A DNA stretch of 64,000 nucleotides from Sphingomonadales bacterium (GCA_038217075.1 JBBQPR010000004.1:13487-77486), one strand, 5' to 3'. Shown: positions 20,524 through 34,063, counted from the first letter of the stretch. The notes: generated by a model not told the origin, from the sequence alone. Numbers and translations are program-made.

Positions 20524-22583
20524 CAGACTCGCGCCCGATCCTTTGGCGCCAGGTACAGCGCCTCACCCGGCTTGGCACCGAATGCCGCATACCAGCCATC
20601 CAGATTGCGCACGACATTCGGGCGCACATGACCCGGGGTATGCGGATCGGTGGTCAACCCGCGCAGCAGGGCCGCGTCACGATACTTCTGCCGCCACACC
20701 TGCGCAAAGCCCAGGAAGAAGCGCTGGTCACCGGTAAACCCATCAATGACCGGCGGTGTCTTGCCGTCCAGCGCCTTGTGATAGGCGTCGAACGCAACGG
20801 TCAGCCCGGCCAGATCGGCCATGTTCTCGCCCAGCGTCAGTTCGCCGTTCACATGGGTGCCCTTCAACGGCTCATACCCGGCATATTGCGCCACAACCTT
20901 GTCGGTCAGCGCCTTGAACCGGGTAATATCCTCCGCCGTCCACCAATCCGCCAGCTTGCCGTACTTGTCGAACTTGCGGCCCTGATCGTCGAAATGATGG
21001 CTGATTTCATGGCCGATCACAGCACCGATGGCACCATAATTCACCGCGGCATCGGCATTGGGGTCAAAGAACGGCGGCTGCAGGATGGCGGCCGGGAACA
21101 CGATCTCGTTCCACAACGGGTTGGCATAGGCGTTCACCGTCATCGGCGTCATCTGCCATTCGCTGCGGTCAATCGGCTTGCCGATCTTGTCGAGATTGCG
21201 CTGATATTCATAGGCGCGCGACCGGAATATGTTGCCCAGCGCATCGCCGCGCACAACCTCGAACTTGCTGTAATCCTGCCACTTGTCGGGATAACCGATC
21301 TTTGGCGTGAACGCTGCCAGCTTGGCCCGCGCCTGTTCCTTGGTCCTGGGGTCCATCCAGGTCAGATTTTGCAACCGTCCATCCATGGCGGCGATGATGT
21401 TCTTCACCAGCTCATCGGCCTTGGCCTTGGCCGCCGGCGGGAAATATTGCGCGACATACAGCGCGCCAACTGCTTCGCCGAGCACCGCCGATGTCGAATC
21501 CGTCGCCCGCTTCCAGCGCGGCTGGTTTTCAGGCTGTCCGTTCAGCACGGTGCCGAAAAACGCAAAATTCTCATCGACCATGGCCTTGGTCAGATAGGGC
21601 GCTGCCGACGACAGCAGGCGGAACGTCATGTAATCGCGCCACAATTGCATTGGCTCGCTGGCCACCAGTTTGGCGATGCCGGTCACCGCGCTTGGCTGGG
21701 CGATGATGATCTCTTTCTGGCCTTGAAGCCCCTGCGCGGTCAGCAACGCCGCCCAATCGACCCCCGGATAGGCACCATCGATGGCATCGCGGCCAACCGG
21801 GTTATAGATCTTCTCGACCTGCCGCTGCTCGACCTGGCTCCAGTGAACCATGGCGATCTTCTTTTCCAGATCATAGATGCCCTGCGCCTTTGCCGCCGCA
21901 TCCGGAATGCCGGCAAGCGTCAGCATCTTGGCAATGTGCGTCAGATATTTGGCGCGCACTTCGGCGAACTTGGGGTTCTTTTCATCCAGGTAATAATCCC
22001 GGTCCGGCAGGCCCAGGCCGCCCTGCCCGATATAGGCGGACAGGATATCGGGGTTCTTCAGATCGCCGAAAATCGCGGCGCCCAGCGGCATGTCCATGCC
22101 TTCACGGGTCATCCTGCCAAAGGCGCTGGCAAGGCTGGCGCGATCGTTCACCGCGGCAATGGCATCCAGCATCGGCTTGACCGGCGCCAGCCCCTTGGCC
22201 TCGATGCCGGCTTCATCCATGAAACTGGCATAATAATCGCCAACCTTCTGGGCATTGCTGCCGGCCTCGCCACCCTTGGCAGCGGCGGCCTCGATGATCG
22301 TCCTTGTGCGTTCCTGGCTCAGGTCGCGCAGCTTGGTGAACATGCCGAAATTCGATTTGTCGGCCGGAATCTCCAGCTTCGACAGGTACGTGCCATTGGC
22401 GAACCGGCCCCAGTCATCGCCCGGCGCAACGCTGCGGTCCATGCCGCTTTCATCAAAGCCGAACTTGCCGATATCCGGCTTGGATGTTGCCATCGAGGAA
22501 TCGGCGGCGATGGCGGCGGTTGCCGGCAAGGTAAATGCCATCATCGCAAGCGCAGAGGCGCGCAACAGGATCGAACGAGACAT
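20520..22583 (-). CDS. Exported M13 family metallopeptidase
   Basis: Signal peptide; VNAY, GHEISHHFD, GENMAD, HTP. Confidence 0.93.
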   Translation of the reverse strand: MSRSILLRASALAMMAFTLPATAAIAADSSMATSKPDIGKFGFDESGMDRSVAPGDDWGRFANGTYLSKLEIPADKSNFGMFTKLRDLSQERTRTIIEAAAAKGGEAGSNAQKVGDYYASFMDEAGIEAKGLAPVKPMLDAIAAVNDRASLASAFGRMTREGMDMPLGAAIFGDLKNPDILSAYIGQGGLGLPDRDYYLDEKNPKFAEVRAKYLTHIAKMLTLAGIPDAAAKAQGIYDLEKKIAMVHWSQVEQRQVEKIYNPVGRDAIDGAYPGVDWAALLTAQGLQGQKEIIIAQPSAVTGIAKLVASEPMQLWRDYMTFRLLSSAAPYLTKAMVDENFAFFGTVLNGQPENQPRWKRATDSTSAVLGEAVGALYVAQYFPPAAKAKADELVKNIIAAMDGRLQNLTWMDPRTKEQARAKLAAFTPKIGYPDKWQDYSKFEVVRGDALGNIFRSRAYEYQRNLDKIGKPIDRSEWQMTPMTVNAYANPLWNEIVFPAAILQPPFFDPNADAAVNYGAIGAVIGHEISHHFDDQGRKFDKYGKLADWWTAEDITRFKALTDKVVAQYAGYEPLKGTHVNGELTLGENMADLAGLTVAFDAYHKALDGKTPPVIDGFTGDQRFFLGFAQVWRQKYRDAALLRGLTTDPHTPGHVRPNVVRNLDGWYAAFGAKPGEALYLAPKDRARVW

Positions 22584-22693
22584 GACTACTCCCAAGGCTT
22601 CTGAATGGCGCCGTATTAGTGCGTCAACACACGTCCTGCAAGTCCCTGCCTGCAAGTCCGTAAACGACCGGAAATCACCGCCCGGCCACCACT

Positions 22694-23907
<1,214 letters not shown>

Positions 23908-24066
23908 TGGTCCGCCCGGCACCCCCCACAAATTGCGTGTTGCCCAAAAGACTCGCCACCCCTTTCTTCTCCCCTGCTTTCCCCCTCATGTTCGCGGCAG
24001 TGGTCGGGGATGGGAGAACCCCAAATCACCGCAACACCCCCGCAACACCGTTCAAAACCCGGCCAA

Positions 24067-24672
24067 TCACCCTGCCAACCGCGCCCGTACCGGCGCAAAA
24101 CTGCGGCGATGGTGCGCCGTGACCCCCAGCGCCGCCAGCGCCCGCGCATGTTCGGCGGTGCCATAACCGCGGTTGCGCCCCCAGCCATAACCCGGACATT
24201 CGCCATCCAACGCCACCATCAATCGGTCCCGCGTCACCTTGGCGATGATGGACGCCGCCGAAATCGACGCGCACACCGCATCCCCGCCGACAATCGCCGT
24301 CGCCTTGTGCGCCCAGCGCGGCAACCGATTGCCGTCGACCAGCACGTGATCGACCAGCACCCCCAACGTCGCAACCGCCCGCTCCATGGCCAGCATGGTG
24401 GCCCAGTGGATGTTGAGCGCATCGATCTCGGCAACGCTGGCCATGCCCACGCCAACCGTCGCACAGCCCATCAATTCACCGTGCAATCGCTCCCGCACGG
24501 CTGCCGAAAGCTGCTTTGAATCATTCAATCCGGCGGGATAACGCCGCCTGTCCAGCACCACCGCAGCCGCCACAACCGGCCCCGCCCAGGGGCCACGCCC
24601 GGCCTCATCCACCCCGGCGACCACCCCGGACACGCGATTTTCCCACCCGAATTGGTCGGCTTTCCCCGTCAC
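24067..24672 (-). CDS. rnhB: Ribonuclease HII
   Basis: [33 protein letters not shown]; GTG overlaps the thiD TGA. Confidence 0.95.
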   Translation of the reverse strand: MTGKADQFGWENRVSGVVAGVDEAGRGPWAGPVVAAAVVLDRRRYPAGLNDSKQLSAAVRERLHGELMGCATVGVGMASVAEIDALNIHWATMLAMERAVATLGVLVDHVLVDGNRLPRWAHKATAIVGGDAVCASISAASIIAKVTRDRLMVALDGECPGYGWGRNRGYGTAEHARALAALGVTAHHRRSFAPVRARLAG

Positions 24673-25457
24673 GGAAGCGGATAAAACCCCAACGGCCCAT
24701 GCCCATCGCCAAAACCCGGCGCCCGCGCAATGCCCTGCGACACGAACGCCCGCGCCTGCACAACCGCTGCCTCCATCGAAAGCCCCGCCGCCAGCCCGCA
24801 GGCCAGCGCCGATGCCAGCGTGCAACCGGTGCCATGCGTGTGCCGCGACGCAATGCGCGGCCCGGTGAATGCCGTGTGCCCGCCGCGCGTCACCAGCCAA
24901 TCGGTAATCACATCACCCGGCAAATGCCCGCCCTTGGCCAACACAGCCCGCGGCCCACGATTGAGCAGTTCCTGCGCCGCCAGCAACGCATCGGCCGCAT
25001 CATCGACATCGGTTTCACTCAGCACCGCCAGTTCTGGCGTGTTCGGCGTCACCACCGTCGCCAGTGGCAACAATCGCTCGACCAGCGCCCACACCGCCTC
25101 GTCATCGATCAGGCTGGCGCCCCCCTTGGCCACCATCACAGGATCAAGCACGATCGGCACCCGCAACCCCGCCAGCACGTCGGCCACCGCGATGATGGTT
25201 TCCACCCCGCCAATCATGCCGATCTTGACCGCATCGACACCCAGATCATCGATACAAGCCCGCATCTGCGCCGCCACGATCTCGGCCGGCACCGCATGAA
25301 TCGCCGCAACCCCCAGCGTATTCTGCACGGTCACCGCCGTCACCGCGGTCATCGCAAAACCGCCCAGGCAGGTAATCGTCTTGATATCAGCCTGAATCCC
25401 GGCCCCGCCACCGGAATCCGAACCGGCCACGACCAGGATACGCGCCGGATCAGCCAC
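24669..25457 (-). CDS. thiD: Hydroxymethylpyrimidine / phosphomethylpyrimidine kinase
   Basis: [37 protein letters not shown]. Confidence 0.95.
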   Translation of the reverse strand: MADPARILVVAGSDSGGGAGIQADIKTITCLGGFAMTAVTAVTVQNTLGVAAIHAVPAEIVAAQMRACIDDLGVDAVKIGMIGGVETIIAVADVLAGLRVPIVLDPVMVAKGGASLIDDEAVWALVERLLPLATVVTPNTPELAVLSETDVDDAADALLAAQELLNRGPRAVLAKGGHLPGDVITDWLVTRGGHTAFTGPRIASRHTHGTGCTLASALACGLAAGLSMEAAVVQARAFVSQGIARAPGFGDGHGPLGFYPLP

Positions 25458-25680
25458 GATACTTGCGCTCCACCGCCGCCGGATGGCGCGCCAATGCCGC
25501 CCCTGCCCGCAACGGCCGCGCCTGAAACCCGCCGCCACAATTCGGGCAGACCCCCGCCAGCGACCCCGCCACGCAGTCCGCACAGAATGTACACTCGAAC
25601 GAACAGATCATCGCACCCGCCATATCGGCCGGCAGGTCGGCGCCGCAGCGTTCGCAATCGGGCCGCATTTCCAGGCTCAC
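25450..25680 (-). CDS. DUF1272 family Cys-rich protein
   Basis: [28 protein letters not shown]. Confidence 0.88.
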   Translation of the reverse strand: MSLEMRPDCERCGADLPADMAGAMICSFECTFCADCVAGSLAGVCPNCGGGFQARPLRAGAALARHPAAVERKYRG

Positions 25681-27008
25681 GCCGCCACCACCGCGGCGCA
25701 GATATCCTCGACCACCGCCTTGACCAGCGCCTTGTTCTCGCCCTCTGCCATCACCCGGATCACCGGTTCCGTCCCGGATTTGCGGATCAACAGGCGCCCG
25801 GTGCCGTGCAACCGCGCCTCACCATCCGCAATCGCAGCCTTAACCTTGTCATCCTCCAAAGGTTTGCCGGTAAACCGCACGCTTTTGAGCAATTGCGGCA
25901 ACGGATCGAACAGGTGCAGCACCTCGCTCGCCGGCTTGCCCGCCGAAACCAGCGCCGCCAATACCTGCAATGCCGCCACCAACCCGTCGCCCGTCGTCGA
26001 ATGATCGGCCAGGATCAAATGCCCTGACTGTTCACCACCGATGTTGAACCCGCCGGCGCGCATCGCCTCCAGCACATAACGGTCACCCACCCCGGCGCGC
26101 TGCAGCGTCAGGCCGCGCCCCGACAGCCAGCGTTCCAGCCCCAGGTTCGACATCACCGTCGCCACCAGGCCGCCGCCGCGCAACGTGCCCGCATCCTGCG
26201 CCTGCCCCGTCACCAGCGCCATCAACTGGTCGCCATCAACGATCTGGCCACGCTCATCGACCACGATCAAGCGGTCGGCATCGCCATCCAGCGCGATGCC
26301 GATATCCGCGCCGGTCTCCAGCACGCGCATCTGCAACGCCCTTGGATGGGTGGACCCGATATCGTCGTTAATGTTGAAACCATTGGGCTTCACGCCAATC
26401 GTATCAACTTCGGCGCCCAATTCCCACAAGGCTTCGGGCGCCACCTTGTACGCGGCGCCATGGGCGCAATCGAGCACCACCTTCATGCCATCAAGCCGCA
26501 GGTGTTCCGGAAACGTATCCTTGGCAAAATGGATATACCGCCCCTGCGCATCGTCGATCCGCCGCGCCCGGCCAATGGCGCGCGGCGCCGCCAACGCCAC
26601 GTCGGCGTCGATCATCGCCTCGATTTCGGCCTCATCGGCGTCGGAAAGCTTGTAGCCATCGGGCCCGAACAGCTTGATGCCATTGTCGTGGAACGGATTG
26701 TGGCTCGCCGAAATCATCACGCCCAGGTCGGCACGCAGCGACCGCGTCAGCATCGCCACCGCCGGCGTCGGCATCGGCCCCAGCTGAATCACGTCCATGC
26801 CGACCGAGGTGAACCCCGCGGTCAACGCCGATTCCATCATATAGCCCGACAGCCGCGTATCCTTGCCGATCACCACCCGGTGCTTGTGCGTCCCGCGCAG
26901 GAACCGCGTCCCCGCCGCCTGGCCCACTTTCATGGCAATTGCGGCCGTCATCGGCGCCGTGTTGGTCAGGCCGCGGATACCGTCCGTGCCGAAATATTTG
27001 CGACTCAT
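25677..27008 (-). CDS. glmM: Phosphoglucosamine mutase
   Basis: [33 protein letters not shown]. Confidence 0.97.
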   Translation of the reverse strand: MSRKYFGTDGIRGLTNTAPMTAAIAMKVGQAAGTRFLRGTHKHRVVIGKDTRLSGYMMESALTAGFTSVGMDVIQLGPMPTPAVAMLTRSLRADLGVMISASHNPFHDNGIKLFGPDGYKLSDADEAEIEAMIDADVALAAPRAIGRARRIDDAQGRYIHFAKDTFPEHLRLDGMKVVLDCAHGAAYKVAPEALWELGAEVDTIGVKPNGFNINDDIGSTHPRALQMRVLETGADIGIALDGDADRLIVVDERGQIVDGDQLMALVTGQAQDAGTLRGGGLVATVMSNLGLERWLSGRGLTLQRAGVGDRYVLEAMRAGGFNIGGEQSGHLILADHSTTGDGLVAALQVLAALVSAGKPASEVLHLFDPLPQLLKSVRFTGKPLEDDKVKAAIADGEARLHGTGRLLIRKSGTEPVIRVMAEGENKALVKAVVEDICAAVVAA

Positions 27009-27105
27009 GGCTGTGCATTATCCTTCAAACCGACGGCTGTTTACGCCAGCCCGATTGGCTTGTCGAAGCCCGGCGGCTAGACTGGTGAAAACAAGGAGTT
27101 TCCCC

Positions 27106-28110
27106 ATGAAAATGCGCTCGCTCGGCTCGCAAGGCCTCACCGTTTCGGCAATCGGCCTCGGCTGCATGGGCATGGCCGGCGTTTCGGGCCAGGCGGCGAT
27201 GTACGGCACTGTCGACATCGCCGAGGCCAACGCCACGCTGCATCGCGCCCTCGATCTCGGCATCAATTTCTTTGATACGGCAGAGGTTTATGGGCCGTTC
27301 CTCAACGAAGAACTCATCGGAAAGGCGCTTGCCGACCGTCGCGACAAGGCGATCATCGCCACGAAATTCGGGTTCCGGATTCGGGATGGCAAGGTTGCCG
27401 GCGTCGATTCCAGCCCCGCCAACGTCCGCGCCGTTACCGAAGCCAGCCTGAAACGGCTCGGCACCGACCATATCGACCTTTTGTACCAGCACCGCGTCGA
27501 TCCGAATGTGCCCATCGAAGACACCGTCGGCGCCATGGCCGCGCTGGTAAGGGAGGGCAAGGTCCGCTTCCTCGGCCTGTCAGAGGCCGGCGCCGGCACC
27601 CTGCGCCGCGCCCATGCCACCCACCCGATCAGCGCGCTGCAAAGCGAATGGTCGCTGTGGGAACGCGGCGTCGAGGATGAAATCTGGCCAGTCTGCCAGG
27701 AGCTCGGCATCGGTTTCGTGCCCTATTCGCCGCTCGGCCGGGGTTTCCTTACCGGCACCCAGCCCCGCGCCGAAGATCTGCCGGATACCGATTATCGCAA
27801 GCGCGATCCGCGTTATCAGGGCGAAAACTATGATCGCAACATGGCCGCTGTCGCCACCGTGCAGGCCATCGCCGCAGCCCATGGTGCGACCGCCGCGCAG
27901 GTGGCGCTGGCCTGGCTGCTGCACAAGGGCGACAGCATCGTGCCGATCCCCGGTTCCAAACGGCGCGTCACGCTGGAAGACAATGCCGGCGCCGCGAACC
28001 TCGCGCTCTCCGCTGCCGATATGGCAACGCTTGATGCCGCGCTGCCGCCCGGCACCACCGCCGGCGATCGCTATGGGTCGGCGGCCATGATGGCGATGGT
28101 TCGGCTCTAG
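27106..28110 (+). CDS. Aldo/keto reductase
   Basis: GLGCMGM, DTAEVY, ATKFG, YQHRVD, YSPLGRG, PIPG; AAGGAG RBS. Confidence 0.93.
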   Translation: MKMRSLGSQGLTVSAIGLGCMGMAGVSGQAAMYGTVDIAEANATLHRALDLGINFFDTAEVYGPFLNEELIGKALADRRDKAIIATKFGFRIRDGKVAGVDSSPANVRAVTEASLKRLGTDHIDLLYQHRVDPNVPIEDTVGAMAALVREGKVRFLGLSEAGAGTLRRAHATHPISALQSEWSLWERGVEDEIWPVCQELGIGFVPYSPLGRGFLTGTQPRAEDLPDTDYRKRDPRYQGENYDRNMAAVATVQAIAAAHGATAAQVALAWLLHKGDSIVPIPGSKRRVTLEDNAGAANLALSAADMATLDAALPPGTTAGDRYGSAAMMAMVRL

Positions 28111-28120
28111 AACCCGGCGT

Positions 28121-28933
28121 TCAGGGAAGCGCCGGGGCAAGCACCAGACAGCGATCACGCCCCGACAGATCACGGTGCAAAACCGGCGCAAAACCCGCCG
28201 CCTTCGCCAGTTCGGACACGGCGGCAGCCTGCCCGGAGCCGATCTCCAGCACGGCAATGCCGCCCGGATTGAGCAGGCCGGGCAGTTGCGGCACCAACAG
28301 GCGATAGGCATCCAGTCCCTCCGGCCCGGCAAACAACGCCGATGCCGGTTCATGGTCGCGCACGTCCGGGGCCAGATCGGCATCGGCCTCGACATAGGGC
28401 GGGTTGCACAGGATCAGGTCGAAGCGCTGCCGCAGCCCCTGACCCCAATCGCCATTCGCGAACACCGCGCGGTGGCCAAACCCCAGCGCCCGGGCGTTGC
28501 CAACCGCCACCGCCAGCGCCGCCGGGGACGCATCGACGCCCAGCCCCCGGGCGCGCGGCCATTCCGACAGCGCCGCGAGCAACAGCGCGCCGGAACCCGT
28601 GCCAAGATCAAGGATGGTCGCCGGCGCGCGGTCCTTGCAGGCCGCCACCGCCGCTTCGATCAGCGTTTCGGAATCGGGGCGCGGTATCAGGACATCGGGC
28701 GTCACCCGCAGCGGCAACGACCAGAATTCGCGGCTGCCGATGATGTAGGCGACAGGCTCACCAGTGGCACGGCGCGCGACCAGCGCCTCAAACGCCGCCG
28801 CATCGACGTCGATCTCGGCAGGGCCAGCCATCAACGCCAGCCGATCGACCCCCGCCAGATGCGCCAGCAACACCTCTGCATCGAAACGATCGATGCGCCG
28901 GCCGGCAGCGAGCAACGCCTGGGCGGCGTTCAC
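28121..28933 (-). CDS. prmC: Release factor glutamine methyltransferase
   Basis: LIPRPDSE, LDLGTGSG, NPPY; follows prfA. Confidence 0.95.
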   Translation of the reverse strand: MNAAQALLAAGRRIDRFDAEVLLAHLAGVDRLALMAGPAEIDVDAAAFEALVARRATGEPVAYIIGSREFWSLPLRVTPDVLIPRPDSETLIEAAVAACKDRAPATILDLGTGSGALLLAALSEWPRARGLGVDASPAALAVAVGNARALGFGHRAVFANGDWGQGLRQRFDLILCNPPYVEADADLAPDVRDHEPASALFAGPEGLDAYRLLVPQLPGLLNPGGIAVLEIGSGQAAAVSELAKAAGFAPVLHRDLSGRDRCLVLAPALP

Positions 28934-28964
28934 AGGCCGGCGCTCGCCCCAGCGCCCGCCATCG

Positions 28965-30029
28965 TCAACCCAGTTCCGCCAGGCGCGCGGCCTCATCCTC
29001 GGAAATCAGCGCCGACACCATCTCCTCCAGCCCGCTGCCCTCCATAATCTCCGGCAGGCGGTGCAACGTCAGGTTGATGCGGTGGTCGGTAACGCGGCCC
29101 TGCGGGTAATTATAGGTGCGGATACGTTCCGATCGATCGCCCGATCCAACCATCGCCTTGCGGTCCGCCGATCGGGCCTGATCGACCTTGCTGCGTTCAA
29201 GATCATACAGTCGTGACCGCAGCACCTTCATCGCCTTGGCCTTGTTCTTGTGCTGCGATTTCTCGTCCTGCTGCTGCACGACCAGGCCCGACGGCAAATG
29301 GGTGATGCGCACCGCACTGTCAGTGGTATTGACCGACTGTCCGCCGGGGCCGGAAGAGCGAAACACGTCGATGCGCAGGTCCTTGTCGTCGATCTGCACA
29401 TCGACTTCCTCGGCTTCCGGCAGCACGGCGACCGTGGCAGCGCTGGTATGGATGCGCCCCTGGGTCTCGGTGGCCGGGACCCGCTGCACCCGGTGCACGC
29501 CGCTTTCGAATTTCAACCGGGCGAACACGCTGTCGCCGGTGACGCTGGCGATGATTTCCTTGAAACCGCCCATTTCACCCTGCGATGCCGACATCAGTTC
29601 CACCCGCCAACCGCGCGTCGCTGCATAGCGTTCGTACATGCGATACAGGTCACCAGCGAACAGCGCGGCTTCGTCCCCGCCGGTCCCGGCGCGGATTTCC
29701 AGCATCGCCGGCTTGGCATCGGCGCTGTCGGTCGGCAGCAATTTCAACGCCAGCACCCGCTCGGCTGCCGGCAATTGATCTTCGATGGCCTCAAGCTCCT
29801 CCTGCGCCATCGCATACATTTCGTCGTCGGCGGTGATGGATTTCAGGCTTTCCGCCTCATCGCGCAGCGATCGCAGCGCCGCCGCGGCCTCCACGACTGG
29901 CGTCAGTTCGGCATAATCCTTGGAAAGCTGCACGAATTTATCGGCGGCAAGCGACGGGTTGCCCATCTGGGCAGCAAGGTCGGCATGGCGGCGCTCTATT
30001 TGCGCGATCCGCTCGGGCGAAATCCTCAT
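28965..30029 (-). CDS. prfA: Peptide chain release factor 1
   Basis: [15 protein letters not shown] (PxT), GGQ, RTYNYPQ. Confidence 0.97.
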   Translation of the reverse strand: MRISPERIAQIERRHADLAAQMGNPSLAADKFVQLSKDYAELTPVVEAAAALRSLRDEAESLKSITADDEMYAMAQEELEAIEDQLPAAERVLALKLLPTDSADAKPAMLEIRAGTGGDEAALFAGDLYRMYERYAATRGWRVELMSASQGEMGGFKEIIASVTGDSVFARLKFESGVHRVQRVPATETQGRIHTSAATVAVLPEAEEVDVQIDDKDLRIDVFRSSGPGGQSVNTTDSAVRITHLPSGLVVQQQDEKSQHKNKAKAMKVLRSRLYDLERSKVDQARSADRKAMVGSGDRSERIRTYNYPQGRVTDHRINLTLHRLPEIMEGSGLEEMVSALISEDEAARLAELG

Positions 30030-31291
30030 CCCTTCAGGCCGCCGCCCGCCAGCCGCGCCTGGATCGCAGACACCGCTTCTTCCATCTCCAGCGGCAATTG
30101 TTCGCCCGATCCGAGGTCACGCACGGTCACGATACCCTTGCCAACCTCGTCATCGCCGATCAACACGGCGATCCGCGCGCCTGATTTGCCGGCACGCTCC
30201 ATCTTCTTTTTCATATTGCCGCGCCAACCCTGCTCGGCCGCAACCCCGGTCCGCCGCAACGCCGCCAGCAGCGACAGCGCCACCGTTTCCCCGGCCGCGC
30301 CCATCGCCACCACCGCCACGTCCACCGGGGTTACCGCCGGCGCCGCTGCCAGCATCGCCAGCCGCTCGATTCCCCCGGCCCAGCCCACCGCCGGCGTTTC
30401 GGGGCCGCCCATCGTGCCGATCAACCCGTCATAGCGACCACCGCCAATCACCGTGCCCTGCGCGCCCAGCGCCTCGGTCACGAATTCGAACACCGTGTGA
30501 CGGTAATAATCCAGCCCGCGCACCAGCCGTTGATTGGCCGCCCATGCGACGCCGGATGCCTGCAGGCCCTTCTGCAACGCTTCATAGAACACGCCGGCCT
30601 CGCTCGTCATGAAACCGTCGATGCTAGGCGCCGCCGCCACCAGCGCCTTGTCGGCCGCATCCTTGCTGTCCAGAATCCGCAACGGGTTGGTGGCCAGACG
30701 GCGCTTGCTGTCCTCGCTCAACGCATCGGCGTGCGCTGCAAAATGCGCCGCCGTCGCCGCGCTCCACGCCGCCCGCGTTTCCGGGTCGCCCATGGTATTC
30801 AGTTGCAGCGTCACGTCACCCGCAACGCCCAATTCGTTCAACAGTTGCTGCGCCAGCGCGATCACCTCGACATCGGCGGCCGGTTCGGCGGCGCCAATCA
30901 CTTCGGCATCCAACTGGTGAAATTGCCGGAACCGGCCCTTTTGCGGCCGTTCATAGCGGAACAGCGGCCCCCAGGTCGCCACCTTCACCGGGCTCAGTTG
31001 TTGCCAGCCATTCTCGATATAGGCCCGCGCAATGCCGGCGGTGAATTCCGGCCGCAGCGTCAGCGAATCCCCGCCGCGATCCTCGAACGAATACATTTCC
31101 TTCGACACAACATCGGTGGTTTCACCAAGCGACCGCGAAAACACCGTCGTCGATTCAAAAACCGGCACTTCGATACGGCCAAAGCCATACAGCCGCCGCA
31201 CACGGTCGAATGTCGATACGACATGGTCGAACCGGGCGGCCTGTTCGCCGATCATGTCCTGGGTGCCGCGAGGGCGCTGCTGCGTGGTCAT
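30026..31291 (-). CDS. hisS: Histidine--tRNA ligase
   Basis: [40 protein letters not shown]. Confidence 0.97.
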   Translation of the reverse strand: MTTQQRPRGTQDMIGEQAARFDHVVSTFDRVRRLYGFGRIEVPVFESTTVFSRSLGETTDVVSKEMYSFEDRGGDSLTLRPEFTAGIARAYIENGWQQLSPVKVATWGPLFRYERPQKGRFRQFHQLDAEVIGAAEPAADVEVIALAQQLLNELGVAGDVTLQLNTMGDPETRAAWSAATAAHFAAHADALSEDSKRRLATNPLRILDSKDAADKALVAAAPSIDGFMTSEAGVFYEALQKGLQASGVAWAANQRLVRGLDYYRHTVFEFVTEALGAQGTVIGGGRYDGLIGTMGGPETPAVGWAGGIERLAMLAAAPAVTPVDVAVVAMGAAGETVALSLLAALRRTGVAAEQGWRGNMKKKMERAGKSGARIAVLIGDDEVGKGIVTVRDLGSGEQLPLEMEEAVSAIQARLAGGGLKG

Positions 31292-31422
31292 ATGGCGCCT
31301 GCGATAGGCGACAAGCGACCGATTGTCACCAGCGCACACCTTGCCGCACCATGGCAGCATCCGGGCTCGCCGGCTGGACAGTTCGGCAACCGCTTGGCTA
31401 TCAGGGTCGCAAAGGGGAACCC

Positions 31423-33375
31423 ATGTTCAGATCAATCCTGCTGTCCGGCGCATCGGCGCTGCTCGTCACCGCTGCGTCAACCTTGCCCGCCAGCTCGGCA
31501 TCGGCCCAGGTCGTGCGTTCGATGCCACAACAACTGCCGATCACAGACACCATCCCCGCGCCGCAGGACATTGCCTTTCCCGGCACCATGGTGCTGCGCA
31601 TTGATGCAACCGACACCGTGCGCGGTATCTTCAAGGTGCGCCAGAGCATCCCCGTCCCCGCCGCCAGCGCGAGTGCACCGATGACGCTGCTGTTTCCCAA
31701 ATGGCTGCCGGGCAACCATGCACCACGCGGCGAATTGTCAAAGGTCGCCGGGCTGGTGATCAGCGCCAATGGCAAGCCGCTGGTGTGGAAGCGTGATGTG
31801 ATCGACGTTTACGCCTTCCACATCGACGTACCGGCCGGCACCACCGCGCTCGATGTGCGGTTCGATTTCCTGTCCGCCACGGCGGGGGATCAGGGCCGCA
31901 TCGTCGCCACCGCCGACATGATCAGCCTGCAACCCAATTCGGTCTCGCTTTATCCCGCCGGCTATTACACCCGCCGGATTCCAGTGACGACCAGCATCAC
32001 CTGGCCAAGCGGCTGGCAGGCGTTCGGCGCGCTGCGCAAGACGGCAACCAGCGGCGACACGGTTGCGTATGAAACTACGGATTATGAAACATTGGTCGAT
32101 TCGCCCTTCATTGCCGGTCGCTGGGGCCGCCAGTGGGATCTTGGCCAGGGCGTAATGCTCGATGTCATCGCCGATGCGCCGCGTTTTCTGGACGCCAAGC
32201 CCGATCAGATCGATGCCCATAAACGCCTTGTCGATCAGGCACTAAAGCTGTTCGGCGCCCGCCATTTCAACCATTATGATTTCCTCGTCACCATGAGCGA
32301 CCAGCTCGGCGGCATCGGGCTTGAGCATCATCGCAGCAGCGAAGACGGCGTAAACCCCGGCTATTTCACCGAATGGGACAAGGGCCCCGGTCGCCGCAAC
32401 CTGTTGCCGCACGAATTCACTCATAGCTGGAATGGCAAATACCGCCGCGGTGCCGATCTGTTCACCGCCAATTACAGCATGCCGATGCGCGATTCGCTGC
32501 TCTGGGTCTATGAAGGCCAGACGCAGTTCTGGGGTTATGTGCTCGGCGCCCGGTCGGGCCTGTTCACCAAGCAGGAAACGCTGGATTCGCTCGCCGCCAT
32601 CGCCGCCAGCCTGAACGAACGCCCGGGGCGGAGCTGGCGCTCGCTGGATGACACCACCAATGATCCCGTCATCGCCGCGCGCGCGCCAAAGGCCTGGCTC
32701 AGCCAGCAGCGCAGCGAGGATTATTACAACGAAGGCCTGCTGATCTGGACCGAGGTGGACAGCATCATCCGCCGCGAAACCAATGGCGCCCGCGGCATGG
32801 ACGATTTCGCCAAGGCCTTCTTTGGCGTCAACGATGGTGACTGGGGCATCAACACCTATGATTTCGACACGCTGGTCAAAACGCTGAACGGCGTCACCCC
32901 CTATGATTGGGCCGGTTTCCTGAAGACGCGGCTGACAGAAAAGGCCAGCAGCGCACCGCTCGCCGGCTTCACCGCCTCGGGCTACAGCCTGGTCTACACC
33001 GACACCCCGACGCCGACCTTTGCCGACCAGATGCGCAACCGCAAGATCAACGATCTCAGCTATTCGGGCGGCATCGTCATTGGCAAGGAAGGCCGCGTCG
33101 ATCAGGTCATGTGGGACAGCGCCGCCTTCGCCGCAGGGCTGACGGTGGGCGACACCCTCATCGCAGTAAACGACAAGCCGTTCAGCGACGATCTCATCAA
33201 GGCCGAAATCGCCGCTGCGAAGGGCGGCAGCGCGCCCATCCGGCTGCTCGTCCGCACCAGCGACAGGTTGCGCGCCGTTACCCTCGATTGGCACCAGGGC
33301 CTGCGCTATCCACGATTTGTGAAGAATACCAAGGACGACGGGCCGCTCGACAAGCTGCTGGCACCGCGTCCTTGA
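31423..33375 (+). CDS. Exported M61 glycyl aminopeptidase with C-terminal PDZ-like domain
   Basis: Signal peptide; GGIGLEH, HEFTHSWN, LWVYEG. Confidence 0.92.
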   Translation: MFRSILLSGASALLVTAASTLPASSASAQVVRSMPQQLPITDTIPAPQDIAFPGTMVLRIDATDTVRGIFKVRQSIPVPAASASAPMTLLFPKWLPGNHAPRGELSKVAGLVISANGKPLVWKRDVIDVYAFHIDVPAGTTALDVRFDFLSATAGDQGRIVATADMISLQPNSVSLYPAGYYTRRIPVTTSITWPSGWQAFGALRKTATSGDTVAYETTDYETLVDSPFIAGRWGRQWDLGQGVMLDVIADAPRFLDAKPDQIDAHKRLVDQALKLFGARHFNHYDFLVTMSDQLGGIGLEHHRSSEDGVNPGYFTEWDKGPGRRNLLPHEFTHSWNGKYRRGADLFTANYSMPMRDSLLWVYEGQTQFWGYVLGARSGLFTKQETLDSLAAIAASLNERPGRSWRSLDDTTNDPVIAARAPKAWLSQQRSEDYYNEGLLIWTEVDSIIRRETNGARGMDDFAKAFFGVNDGDWGINTYDFDTLVKTLNGVTPYDWAGFLKTRLTEKASSAPLAGFTASGYSLVYTDTPTPTFADQMRNRKINDLSYSGGIVIGKEGRVDQVMWDSAAFAAGLTVGDTLIAVNDKPFSDDLIKAEIAAAKGGSAPIRLLVRTSDRLRAVTLDWHQGLRYPRFVKNTKDDGPLDKLLAPRP

Positions 33376-33473
33376 CCGCCATGGCGGACCGCGCAAACGC
33401 GCCGCCGTCAACGCATCGGCATGGACGAATCGCGCCCGCTCGACTACGCCGCGCCGCATCACAGGAGTAGCAC

Positions 33474-34058
33474 ATGCGCATCGACCAGATCCCCATCGGC
33501 GTGAACCCGCCCCATGATGTCAACGTCGTCATCGAATGCCCGCTGGGCGGCGAGCCGGTGAAATATGAACTCGACAAGGCATCGGGCGCGCTATTCGTCG
33601 ATCGCATCCTGCACACCGCGATGCGCTACCCCACCAACTATGGCTTCATCCCGCACACGCTGGCCGAGGATGGCGACCCCATCGATGCGCTCGTCGTCGC
33701 CCGCACGCCGTTCGTGCCGGGCTGCATCAGCCGCGTGCGCCCGGTGGGCGTGATGCTGATGGAGGATGACGCCGGCGGCGATGCAAAGCTGCTCTGCGTG
33801 TCGGTCAACAAGGTCCACCCCTATTACGCCGACGTCCATGAACACACCGATCTGCCCGACATCCTGCTACAGCAGATCGAGCATTTCTTTACCCATTACA
33901 AGGATCTGGAGCCAGGCAAATGGACCAAGTTCCTCGGCTGGGAAGGCCGCGTCACCGCCGAACGGCTGATCGTTGAATCGATCGAACGCTATAATGCGGC
34001 CGAAAAGGGCGCATCGGTCCCCGCACCACGCGAACACCCCGGCGCGCCGCGCGGCTAG
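33474..34058 (+). CDS. ppa: Inorganic pyrophosphatase
   Basis: KYELDK, YPTNYGFIP, DGDPID, FF..YK.LE. Confidence 0.96.
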   Translation: MRIDQIPIGVNPPHDVNVVIECPLGGEPVKYELDKASGALFVDRILHTAMRYPTNYGFIPHTLAEDGDPIDALVVARTPFVPGCISRVRPVGVMLMEDDAGGDAKLLCVSVNKVHPYYADVHEHTDLPDILLQQIEHFFTHYKDLEPGKWTKFLGWEGRVTAERLIVESIERYNAAEKGASVPAPREHPGAPRG

Positions 34059-34063
34059 TCGCG

